Shown: positions 6,090 through 13,275 of the stretch, one piece after another
Layout of the letters: every line of letters begins with the position of its first letter
Position numbering within the stretch: position 1 is the first letter of the stretch
Assembly (NCBI GenBank): GCA_046598045.1
Contig: JBKJJJ010000045.1
Span: 1 to 14,429, forward strand
Source: Candidatus Eiseniibacteriota bacterium
Lineage (GTDB): Bacteria; Eisenbacteria; RBG-16-71-46; DASYSL01
DNA: 14,429 nt
Direction of reading: 5' to 3'
Made by a program: the position numbers and the translations under genes
The notes under the pieces: model-generated
Database searches by the model: none
Told to the model about the DNA's origin: nothing
Seen by the model: only the letters and a program-made list of their open reading frames with translations

Positions 6090-8516
6090 TCAGCGGTCCC
6101 GCAACACGGCGCCGATCTCGGCGGCGAGCGCGGAAACGATGGATTGTTGCACGGCCTCGATTTCGGCCTCGGCCAGCGTGCGACCGGGGGCCTGGAAGGT
6201 CAGCGAGTACGCGAGGCTCTTCTGGCCCTTGGGAACTCCCTTCCCCTCGTACACGTCGAACAGTTGCACCTGCGCGAGGAGCGGCGCGCCCCTGGCGAGC
6301 AACAGCGCCTCCACGCGCGCATGCGGCACCGACGACGGCAGGAAGAACGCGAGATCGCGCTTGATACCGGGGAGGCGCGTGTAACCCGCGAAGCGGCGGG
6401 TCTCGCGCCGGGCGCGCCCGATCGCGGCGAGGTCGGCGACCAACAGGTACACCGGGATCTCGAGGTCGAGTTCGCGCGCCAGGCGGGGTCCCAGGCGCCC
6501 TGCGTAAGCCACATGAACCTTGGCCCGTAAATCAGAGGCTTCTCCAGACTTCCAGCCGCGACCAGCATAGGGAGCCCACTCCAGCGTGTCAACGCCGAGA
6601 CGCGCGAACAAGGCCTCCCACAGCCCCTTGGATTCGAAGAAGTCGACGGCCGCCTGTCCGGCGTCCCAGGCCTCGCCGAAGCGATTGCCCGCCAGCAGGG
6701 CGCAGAGTTGAACCGGCTCCTCGGGCAGCTCGCCGGTGGCGCGCGGTTGAAACACCCGGCCGATCTCGAACAGCCGGAGCCCCGGCGCGCCGTGGCGAAG
6801 GTTGTGCGCGGCCACGCGTGCCAGGCCGGACACGAGGTCCGAGCGCAGGGCCGAGGTTTCGGGCCCCGCCGGGTTCTTGATCGTGACCAGGCGCGGCTCG
6901 CCGTCGTGGCTCAGCGGCCAGGTCGTCGCCAGCCGGGCGGGGTCGTCGAGCGAGGCGGTCAGGCATTCGGTGAAGCCGAGCCCGACCAGCGCCTCGCGGG
7001 CGCGGTCCCTCAGGCGGCGGTCGTCCGGCCGGGTGCCGACCGAGCCGCCGGTCGTGAGCGGGACGTCGGGCAGGCGGTCGTAGCCGAAAGCGCGCCCCAC
7101 CTCCTCGACCAGGTCGGTCTCGGTGGTGACATCGCGACGCCGGGTGGGCACGGTGATGACCAGCGGCAGATCCCCCGCCGCGTCTCCCGCCGCCGGGTCG
7201 GTCACGCCGAAACCGGCTGCCGCGAGGTCCTTCGCCATGCGATCGCGCCCGATCTTCGCGCCGAGGAGGCGGGTCGCGCGCGCCGGGCGCAGCTCGAGCT
7301 CGAGCGGCACGGACGCGCGGGCGCTGACCTCGGTCGCGGCGCCGTCGAGGCGGCCGCCCGCCAGCTCGGCGAACAGTCCGAGCGCGCGCGCCATCGCCGC
7401 CGGCGCGAGGCCGGGGTCCACACCGCGGCCGAAGCGGCGCGCGGCCTCGGACATCAGCCCGTGGTCCGACACCATGCGCTGGACGCGCACCGGGTCGAAC
7501 CAGGCGGACTCGAGCAGCAGGCTCGTGGTGCTTGCGGTGACCTCGACGAACTCCGCCCCCATCGTCCCGGCGAGCCCGGTCGCGCGCCCCTTGTCCGCGA
7601 TCACGAGGTGCTCGGTCGTGAGCTTGCGCTCCCTGCCGTCGAGCGTGGTCAGGAGTTCCCCGGCGCGCGCGCGGCGCACGACGATCGCCGGGCCCTCGAG
7701 CGTGTCCAGGTCGAACGCGTGCAGCGGCTGGCCCATCTCGAGCATCACGTAGTTGGTGACGTCGACCACGTTGTTGATGGGGCGCATGCCGGCGCGCTCG
7801 AGCCGCTCGGCGAGCCACGCGGGCGAGGGCGCGATCGTGATGCCGCGCACGACCTGCGCGAGGTAGCGCGCACAGCCCGCGGGGTCCTCGACCGTCACCG
7901 GGAAGGTGCCGCCGGTGAGGACGCGGCCGCCGAAGCGCGCGCCCGGCGCCGCGAGGACCGGCAGGTCGTAGGCCGCGGCCAGTTCGCGCGCGAGGCCGGA
8001 GATGCACAACAGGTCCGGGCGGTTGTACGGGACCTCGATCTCGAACAGGACGTCGGGCTCGCCGAACACCTCGCGCACCGGGCGGCCGACCGGGGCGTCG
8101 TCCTTGAGCGCGAGGATGCCCGAGTGGTCGCCGCCGAGCTCGAGCTCCCGCGCCGAGCACAGCATGCCCTCGGAGGTCTCGCCGCGGATCTTCGAGCGCT
8201 TGATCTTGAGCCCGCCGGGCAGCTCGGCGCCGACCAGCGCGAGCGGGACCTTCATCCCGGCGCGCACGTTCGGCGCGCCGCACACGACCGACAGGATCGT
8301 GCCGGTCCCGCCGTCGACCTTGCACAGCGAGAGCTTGTCGGCGTCGGGGTGGCGCGCGACTTCGAGCACGTGGCCGACGACCACGTTCGGGTAGTCGTGG
8401 CCGGTGCGCACGATCGCGTCGACGGGATAGCCGCGCATGGTCAGGCGGCGCGCGATGTCCTCGGCGTCGGCAACCACGTCCACCCATTCGCGAATCCAGG
8501 ACAGCGGATACTTCAC
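6090..8516 (-). CDS. pheT: Phenylalanyl-tRNA synthetase beta subunit
   Basis: (M)KYPLSWIREWV, HPDADKL, VCGAPNV, SEGMLCS, NRPDLLC, INNVVDVTNYVMLEMGQPLHAFD, LFEIGRVF, RDLAF, LFDVYEG. GTG at 8516 overlaps the pheS stop (GTGA). Confidence 0.97.
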   Translation of the reverse strand: MKYPLSWIREWVDVVADAEDIARRLTMRGYPVDAIVRTGHDYPNVVVGHVLEVARHPDADKLSLCKVDGGTGTILSVVCGAPNVRAGMKVPLALVGAELPGGLKIKRSKIRGETSEGMLCSARELELGGDHSGILALKDDAPVGRPVREVFGEPDVLFEIEVPYNRPDLLCISGLARELAAAYDLPVLAAPGARFGGRVLTGGTFPVTVEDPAGCARYLAQVVRGITIAPSPAWLAERLERAGMRPINNVVDVTNYVMLEMGQPLHAFDLDTLEGPAIVVRRARAGELLTTLDGRERKLTTEHLVIADKGRATGLAGTMGAEFVEVTASTTSLLLESAWFDPVRVQRMVSDHGLMSEAARRFGRGVDPGLAPAAMARALGLFAELAGGRLDGAATEVSARASVPLELELRPARATRLLGAKIGRDRMAKDLAAAGFGVTDPAAGDAAGDLPLVITVPTRRRDVTTETDLVEEVGRAFGYDRLPDVPLTTGGSVGTRPDDRRLRDRAREALVGLGFTECLTASLDDPARLATTWPLSHDGEPRLVTIKNPAGPETSALRSDLVSGLARVAAHNLRHGAPGLRLFEIGRVFQPRATGELPEEPVQLCALLAGNRFGEAWDAGQAAVDFFESKGLWEALFARLGVDTLEWAPYAGRGWKSGEASDLRAKVHVAYAGRLGPRLARELDLEIPVYLLVADLAAIGRARRETRRFAGYTRLPGIKRDLAFFLPSSVPHARVEALLLARGAPLLAQVQLFDVYEGKGVPKGQKSLAYSLTFQAPGRTLAEAEIEAVQQSIVSALAAEIGAVLRDR
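6564..6592 (-). promoter_or_regulatory. Intragenic sigma70-type promoter in pheT (TTGACA-17 nt-TATGCT)
   Basis: -35 TTGACA at 6592-6587, 17-nt spacer, -10 TATGCT at 6569-6564, inside a patch of atypical A/T-ending codons. Confidence 0.7.
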
Positions 8517-9568
8517 GAGAATTGCTCCAGGAACCTGAGGTCGTTCTCGAGCAGGAGGCGGATGTCGGGAATGTCGTAACGCAGCATCGCGATGCGGTCG
8601 AGCCCGCAGCCGAACGCGAAGCCGGTCACGCGATCCGGGTCGTAGCCCACGGACTTGAACACCGCCGGGTGGATCATGCCCGCGCCCAGGATCTCGAGCC
8701 AGCCGGAGCCGCGGCACACCGCGCAGCGCTCGCCGCCCTGGACCGTGCCCTGCCCGCCGCAGCGGATGCACGACACGTCGAGCTCGGCGGAGGGCTCCGT
8801 GAATGGAAAGTATCCCGGGCGGAAGCGCGTCTTGACCTTGCTGCCGATGATGCGGCGCGCGGCCTCGACCAGCGTGCTCTTGAGGTCGGCGAGCGTGACC
8901 GGCCGGTCGGCCTCGACGTAGATGCCGTCGATCTGGTGGAACTGGTCCATGTGCGAAGCGTCCACCGCCTCGGCGCGATAGACCCGGCCGGGGAACACCA
9001 TGCGCAGCGGCGGCGGTCCCTGCTCCATCGCGCGAATCCAGCACGGCGAGGTGTGCGTGCGCAGCACGAGCGAGTCGCTCACGTAATAGGTGTCGTGCGC
9101 CTCGCGGGCCGGATGGCCGGGCGGAAGGTTGAGCGCGGTGAAATTGTGGAAGTCGTCCTCGACCTCGGGGCCGTCGCCCGCGGTGAAGCCGAGGCCGTGG
9201 AAGATGTCGAGCAGCTCGTCCTCGACCGCATTGAGAACGTGGCGGCGCCCGACCCACGGACGCCGGCCCGGCAGCGAGACGTCGAGGCCGCGCGCGCCGG
9301 CTTCGGCGGCATCCTCGAGCTCGGCCTGGCGCGTGCCCAGCAGCGCCTCGAGGTCGTCCTTGAGGCGGTTCGCCGCCTGGCCGACTGCGGTGCGGTCCGC
9401 GGGGTCGAGGTCCTTGAGCCCGCGGAGGACGCCGGTCAGCTCGCCCTTGCGGCCGAGCACCCGGATGCGCAGCGCGCCCAGGGCCTCGGGCGAGGCCGCG
9501 CGCTGCGCTTCTGCGAGAGCCTCGAGGCGGAGCGCGCCCAGGCTCTGCAGCAGTTCGCCCGCGCTCAC
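8513..9568 (-). CDS. pheS: Phenylalanyl-tRNA synthetase alpha subunit
   Basis: LGRKGEL, HPAREAHDTYY, LRTHTSP, PGRVYR, FHQIDG, RPGYFPFTEPSAE, GWLEILGAGMIHP, GFAFGCGLDRIAMLRY. GTG at 9568 overlaps the rplT stop (GTGA). Confidence 0.97.
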   Translation of the reverse strand: MSAGELLQSLGALRLEALAEAQRAASPEALGALRIRVLGRKGELTGVLRGLKDLDPADRTAVGQAANRLKDDLEALLGTRQAELEDAAEAGARGLDVSLPGRRPWVGRRHVLNAVEDELLDIFHGLGFTAGDGPEVEDDFHNFTALNLPPGHPAREAHDTYYVSDSLVLRTHTSPCWIRAMEQGPPPLRMVFPGRVYRAEAVDASHMDQFHQIDGIYVEADRPVTLADLKSTLVEAARRIIGSKVKTRFRPGYFPFTEPSAELDVSCIRCGGQGTVQGGERCAVCRGSGWLEILGAGMIHPAVFKSVGYDPDRVTGFAFGCGLDRIAMLRYDIPDIRLLLENDLRFLEQFS

Positions 9569-9924
9569 ACGGCCTGCGCTTGCCTGGCGACCTCCGCCAG
9601 CTGCGCGAACGCCGGCATATCGTTCACCGCGAGGTCGGCGAGGACCTTGCGGTTGATCGTGATCTCGGCCTGCTTGAGGCCGGCGATGAGCGTCGAGTAC
9701 GACATCCCGTGGATGCGCGCGGCGGCGTTGATGCGCGTGATCCAGAGCGCGCGGAACTCGCGCTTCTTGGTGCGGCGATGCTCGTACGCGAACTGCATCG
9801 AGCGCAGCAGGGTTTCCTTGGCGGTCTGGAAGAGCTTGCGGCGGCCCTGGAAGTTGCCCTTCACCGCCTTCATCACCTTCTTGCGGCGGCGGCGTCCCGG
9901 TACGACGGTTTTTGCGCGTGGCAT
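9565..9924 (-). CDS. rplT: 50S ribosomal protein L20
   Basis: MPRAKT...RRRRKKV...KKREFRALWITRINAAAR...SYS...INRKVLADLA. Confidence 0.98.
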   Translation of the reverse strand: MPRAKTVVPGRRRRKKVMKAVKGNFQGRRKLFQTAKETLLRSMQFAYEHRRTKKREFRALWITRINAAARIHGMSYSTLIAGLKQAEITINRKVLADLAVNDMPAFAQLAEVARQAQAV

Positions 9925-9972
9925 GGTTCGTTTCCCTTCCGATCAATGTCTGTGGCGCGACGGGTGAAAGTT

Positions 9973-10170
9973 CTAGCGCAGGCCCAGCATCCGCAGCACG
10001 CGGTGGACTTCGGTCGAGGCGACGAGCGTGGACTTGCCGAGCCCGCGCTTGCGGCCGCGCGACTTCTTGGTCAGGATGTGGCGCGCGTACGCCTTGTGGC
10101 GCTTGATCTTTCCCGAGCCCGTCAGCTTGAAACGCTTCGCCGCGGCGCGGTTGGTCTTCATCTTCGGCAT
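9973..10170 (-). CDS. rpmI: 50S ribosomal protein L35
   Basis: [24 protein letters not shown]...HILTKKS. Confidence 0.98.
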   Translation of the reverse strand: MPKMKTNRAAAKRFKLTGSGKIKRHKAYARHILTKKSRGRKRGLGKSTLVASTEVHRVLRMLGLR

Positions 10171-10189
10171 GTGCTCTCCCGGGATGGCG

Positions 10190-10885
10190 CTAGACGGTTT
10201 CGCCCGCGCTGTCGTCCTTCACCGCGGCCGGCGCCGCCGGCACCTCGGCAACTGGTGCGGCCTTGGGCTTGGGCGCCGGCTTCGGCGCCGCCTTGACGGC
10301 CGCCGCCGCGCCGGCTGCCGCCGTCGGAGCCGCCGCGCCTGCGGCGGGCGATCCGGGCTTGGCCGGCTTCGGCAACATGATCATGACCAGCGTGCGGCCT
10401 TCGCTCCTGGGAATGTGCTCCGGAGTGGCAATCTCCGCCAGGTCGGCGATGACGCGCTGCAACATCTGGTGGCCCAGCTCCTGGTGCGCCATTTCGCGCC
10501 CGCGGAACGTGACCGTGAACTTCACCTTGTCACGCTTCTCGAGGAAGTCGCGCGCGTGCTGAACCTTGAAGTCGTAGTCATGCTCGTCGATCTTGGGACG
10601 GAGCTTGACCTCCTTGAGGTGCATCACGTGCTGCTTCTTCCGGGCCTTGCGCTCGCGCTTGCTCTGCTCGTACTTGAACTTCCCGTAGTCCATGATCCGA
10701 CAGACGGGCGGGCGAGCCGTGGGCGACACCTCGACGAGGTCGAGGTTCTTTTCCTGGGCCAGGGCCAGCGCTTCCCGCACGCCGAGGACACCGAGCTGCG
10801 TGCCATCGTCGGCGATCACGCGAACCTGCGGGACCCGAATGCGGTCATTGACGCGGGTCTCATTGGGGCGGAACGGTGCGGGGAT
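10190..10885 (-). CDS. infC: Translation initiation factor IF-3 with non-canonical ATC start and Ala/Pro/Lys-rich C-terminal extension
   Basis: [14 protein letters not shown]...LDLVEVSP...[15 protein letters not shown]...[13 protein letters not shown]...FRGRE. Strong SD AGGAGGT (10897-10891) lies 5 nt before in-frame ATC at 10885. Confidence 0.95.
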   Translation of the reverse strand: MPAPFRPNETRVNDRIRVPQVRVIADDGTQLGVLGVREALALAQEKNLDLVEVSPTARPPVCRIMDYGKFKYEQSKRERKARKKQHVMHLKEVKLRPKIDEHDYDFKVQHARDFLEKRDKVKFTVTFRGREMAHQELGHQMLQRVIADLAEIATPEHIPRSEGRTLVMIMLPKPAKPGSPAAGAAAPTAAAGAAAAVKAAPKPAPKPKAAPVAEVPAAPAAVKDDSAGETV

Positions 10886-11119
10886 CGGCCACCTCCTCTT
10901 GGATTCCCATCGCGGGTCCCGAAGGGGCCGCCCGAACCTTCGTCCGTCCGCGGGCTCCCGGAGAAAAGAGAGCGCCTCGGAGCTGGGTCGAAATGCGATG
11001 ACCCCGCTCCGAGGCGCGTTGCGCACACGGACGGCTCTCGTCATTCGACCCGGACGCAGGGCCTTGGGCCCGCAGGGGGTGGGAAGCCACGTTCGGGCTT
11101 CCACTTGCTCACGATGTCA
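10886..11119 (-). promoter_or_regulatory. Structured infC-rpmI-rplT leader, L20-leader-like attenuator
   Basis: 5' AGCAAGTGGAAGC-loop-GCTTCCCACC hairpin resembling the Firmicutes L20 leader, followed by mutually exclusive antiterminator and terminator pairings. Confidence 0.65.
10962..11017 (-). terminator. Terminator-like hairpin within the infC leader
   Basis: 12-bp perfect outer stem GCGCCTCGGAGC/GCTCCGAGGCGC plus inner GGGTC/GACCC, followed by TCTCTTTTCT. Confidence 0.65.
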
Positions 11120-11125
11120 CCGGCG

Positions 11126-11154
11126 AATGTAACAGTCCCCCGCCCCCGGCGCAA
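11126..11154 (-). promoter_or_regulatory. sigma70-type promoter for the infC operon
   Basis: TTGCGC (11154-11149), 17-nt spacer ending in TGt, TACATT (11131-11126), just downstream of the thrS stop. Confidence 0.65.
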
Positions 11155-11172
11155 GGGGCCCGGTCCGTCCGC

Positions 11173-12999
11173 TCAGGGCGCGGCCTCGGGCTCCGGCTCC
11201 ACGTCGAGCCGCTGCTTGGCAAGGACCTCCGCGCGTACCTTGGCGACGAATTCGGGGACGGTCAGGGTCGCTCCGGGCCGGCCCTTGTGGCGGCGCGGCG
11301 AAACCACCTGGGCCTCGACGTCGCGCTCCCCCACGATCAGCATCCAGGGGATCTTCTCGGTTTCGGCGAGACGCACCTTCGCGCCCACCTTGTCCGGGCC
11401 GAGGTCGGCCTCGGCGCGCAGGCCCTCGAGGCGTAGCTGGTCGCGCACGTGCTGCGCGTACGGCTCCGAGGCCTCGGAGATCGACAGCACGCGCACCTGC
11501 TCGGGCGCGAGCCAGAGCGGGAACTCGCCCGCGACGTGCTCGATCAGGCCGCCCACGAAGCGCTCGAGCGATCCGAGGATCGCGCGGTGGATGATCGCGA
11601 CCTCGTGCTCCTTGCCGTCCTGCCCGACGTAGGTCACGCCGAAGCGCTTCGGCAGGTTGAGATCGACCTGCACGGTCGGCCCCTGCCAGCCGCGTCCGAG
11701 CGCGTCGAACAGTTTGATGTCGATCTTGGGCGCGTAGAACGCCCCGCCACCCTCGTCGACCTCGTAGGGCACGCCGCGGCGGATCAGTGCCTCGCGCAGC
11801 GCCTCGGTCGCCCAGGTCCATTCCTCGTCGCTGCCCAGGTACTTGTCCGCCGGGCGGGTCGCGAGGTGCGCCTGATAGGTGTATCCGAAGTCGGTCATCA
11901 TGGTGTGGATCAGCTCGAGGATGCCGGTGATCTCGTCGGCCGCCTGTTCGTGCGTGCAGAAGATGTGCGAGTCGTCCTGGGTGAAGCCACGCACGCGCAG
12001 CATGCCATGGAGGACGCCCGAGCGCTCGTAGCGATAGACGGTCCCGAGTTCCGCGAAGCGCAGCGGCAGGTTGCGATAACTGTGCTGGCGCGACTGGAAG
12101 ATCTTGATGTGCCCCGGGCAGTTCATCGGCTTCACACGATAAGGCGAGCCGTCGATGTCCATCGGCGAGTACATCAGGTCGGCATAGTTCTGCAGGTGGC
12201 CCGAGGTCTCGTAGAGCCGCTCGTTCGCGATGTGCGGGGTGTACACGAAGTCGTAGCCGCGCTTGAGGTGTTCCTCGCGCCAGTAGTCCTCGATCAGGCG
12301 CCGCACGGTGCCGAGCTTCGGGTGCCAGAACACGAGCCCGGCGCCCACGTCGTCGTGGGTGCTGAACAGGTCGAGCGCGCGCCCGAGCTTCCGGTGGTCC
12401 CGCTTCTCGGCCTCGGCCAGGCGGTGGAGATGGACCGCGAGTTGCTTGCGGTCGTGCCACGCGGTGCCGTAGACGCGCTGGAGCTGCGGGTTTTTCTCGC
12501 TGGCGCGCCAGTACGCGCCGGCGATCGACATCAGCTTGAACGCGCCGATCTGCCGGGTGCTCTTGACGTGCGGCCCGCGGCAGAGGTCGAGGAAATCTCC
12601 GTTCTCATAGCTCGAGACCTCGGTCACGCCGACCTTCTCGAGGTCCTGGATGATCTCGACCTTGAACTTCTCGCCCTGCGCGGCGAAGTGGGCGATCGCG
12701 TCCTTCGTGGACCACATCTTCTTCACGAACGGTTCGTTGGCCTTGATGATGAGTTCCATCTCGGCTTCGATCGCCGCGAGGTCCTCGGGGGTCAGCGCAC
12801 GCGCAAGCTCGATGTCGTAGTAGAAGCCGTCCTCGATCGCGGGGCCGACGCCGAGGTGGGCGTCGGGGAACAGCCGCTTGATCGCGGCCGCCATGACGTG
12901 CGACGCGGAGTGCCGGACGGTCGAGAGTGGCGGACGCCCCTGAGCGTCCACCTCGTCCACGACGGCGGCGTTCGGGTCGTAATCCGGAATCTCGAGCAT
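11173..12999 (-). CDS. thrS: Threonyl-tRNA synthetase (short form lacking the N-terminal TGS domain)
   Basis: RHSASHVMA, GPAIEDGFYYD, DLCRGPHV, RDHRKLG, KPMNCPGH, YRYERSGVLHGMLRVRGFTQDDSH, HRAILGSLERF. ATG 12999 has AGGGAG upstream; alternative GTG at 13053. Confidence 0.97.
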   Translation of the reverse strand: MLEIPDYDPNAAVVDEVDAQGRPPLSTVRHSASHVMAAAIKRLFPDAHLGVGPAIEDGFYYDIELARALTPEDLAAIEAEMELIIKANEPFVKKMWSTKDAIAHFAAQGEKFKVEIIQDLEKVGVTEVSSYENGDFLDLCRGPHVKSTRQIGAFKLMSIAGAYWRASEKNPQLQRVYGTAWHDRKQLAVHLHRLAEAEKRDHRKLGRALDLFSTHDDVGAGLVFWHPKLGTVRRLIEDYWREEHLKRGYDFVYTPHIANERLYETSGHLQNYADLMYSPMDIDGSPYRVKPMNCPGHIKIFQSRQHSYRNLPLRFAELGTVYRYERSGVLHGMLRVRGFTQDDSHIFCTHEQAADEITGILELIHTMMTDFGYTYQAHLATRPADKYLGSDEEWTWATEALREALIRRGVPYEVDEGGGAFYAPKIDIKLFDALGRGWQGPTVQVDLNLPKRFGVTYVGQDGKEHEVAIIHRAILGSLERFVGGLIEHVAGEFPLWLAPEQVRVLSISEASEPYAQHVRDQLRLEGLRAEADLGPDKVGAKVRLAETEKIPWMLIVGERDVEAQVVSPRRHKGRPGATLTVPEFVAKVRAEVLAKQRLDVEPEPEAAP

Positions 13000-13099
13000 G
13001 GCCGCGCTCTCCCTGGCGATCCCGCCCCTTACGAAACCGGGCGCCGCGGTCACGGCGCCCGTCGTGTAGCGAGAAAAGCCTTGAGGACTTGCCGCAAAG

Positions 13100-13176
13100 T
13101 GGTGGGCGATACTGGACTTGAACCAGTGACCCCCTGCATGTCAAGCAGGTACTCTAGCCAGCTGAGCTAATCGCCC
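13100..13176 (-). tRNA. tRNA-Val(GAC), CCA encoded
   Basis: GGGCGATTAGCTCAGCTGGCTAGAGTACCTGCTTGACATGCAGGGGGTCACTGGTTCAAGTCCAGTATCGCCCACCA: full cloverleaf, anticodon arm CCTGC-TT GAC AT-GCAGG, T-loop TTCAAGT. Confidence 0.97.
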
Positions 13177-13230
13177 ACGATGCTAGCCGGGCGCGAGGCC
13201 CTGAGGCCGTCGCATCGGGCGTGCTTGCGT

Positions 13231-13259
13231 AGAAAACCGCACAACCGGCGTTCTGTCAA
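13231..13259 (-). promoter_or_regulatory. Putative promoter for tRNA-Val/thrS
   Basis: Perfect TTGACA (13259-13254) with a weak -10 (TTTTCT) at 17-nt spacing. Confidence 0.45.
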
Positions 13260-13275
13260 GGGTCTGCGCGCGGGA

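Noticed and set aside
2437..9946. Apparent giant XseB (554 aa), PheT (1055 aa), PheS (477 aa) and ZapA (185 aa) in the ORF track
   Set aside because: The N-terminal extensions are off-frame readings of the upstream gene. True starts sit at stop/start overlaps or SD-supported codons, so these are not fusions.
13000..13099. T-box leader for thrS
   Set aside because: Only about 100 nt are available and no AAnnnGGGTGGnACC T-box motif is seen.
263..13144. Alternate-frame minus-strand ORFs (263..1246, 4485..5192, 6589..8487, 11117..12460, 12605..13144 and others)
   Set aside because: Arg/Pro/Gly/Ala-rich off-frame translations overlapping real genes.
13054..13176. tRNA-Val as an integration site for a prophage or island
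   Set aside because: No duplicated tRNA 3' end, integrase or foreign genes in the window; thrS follows directly.
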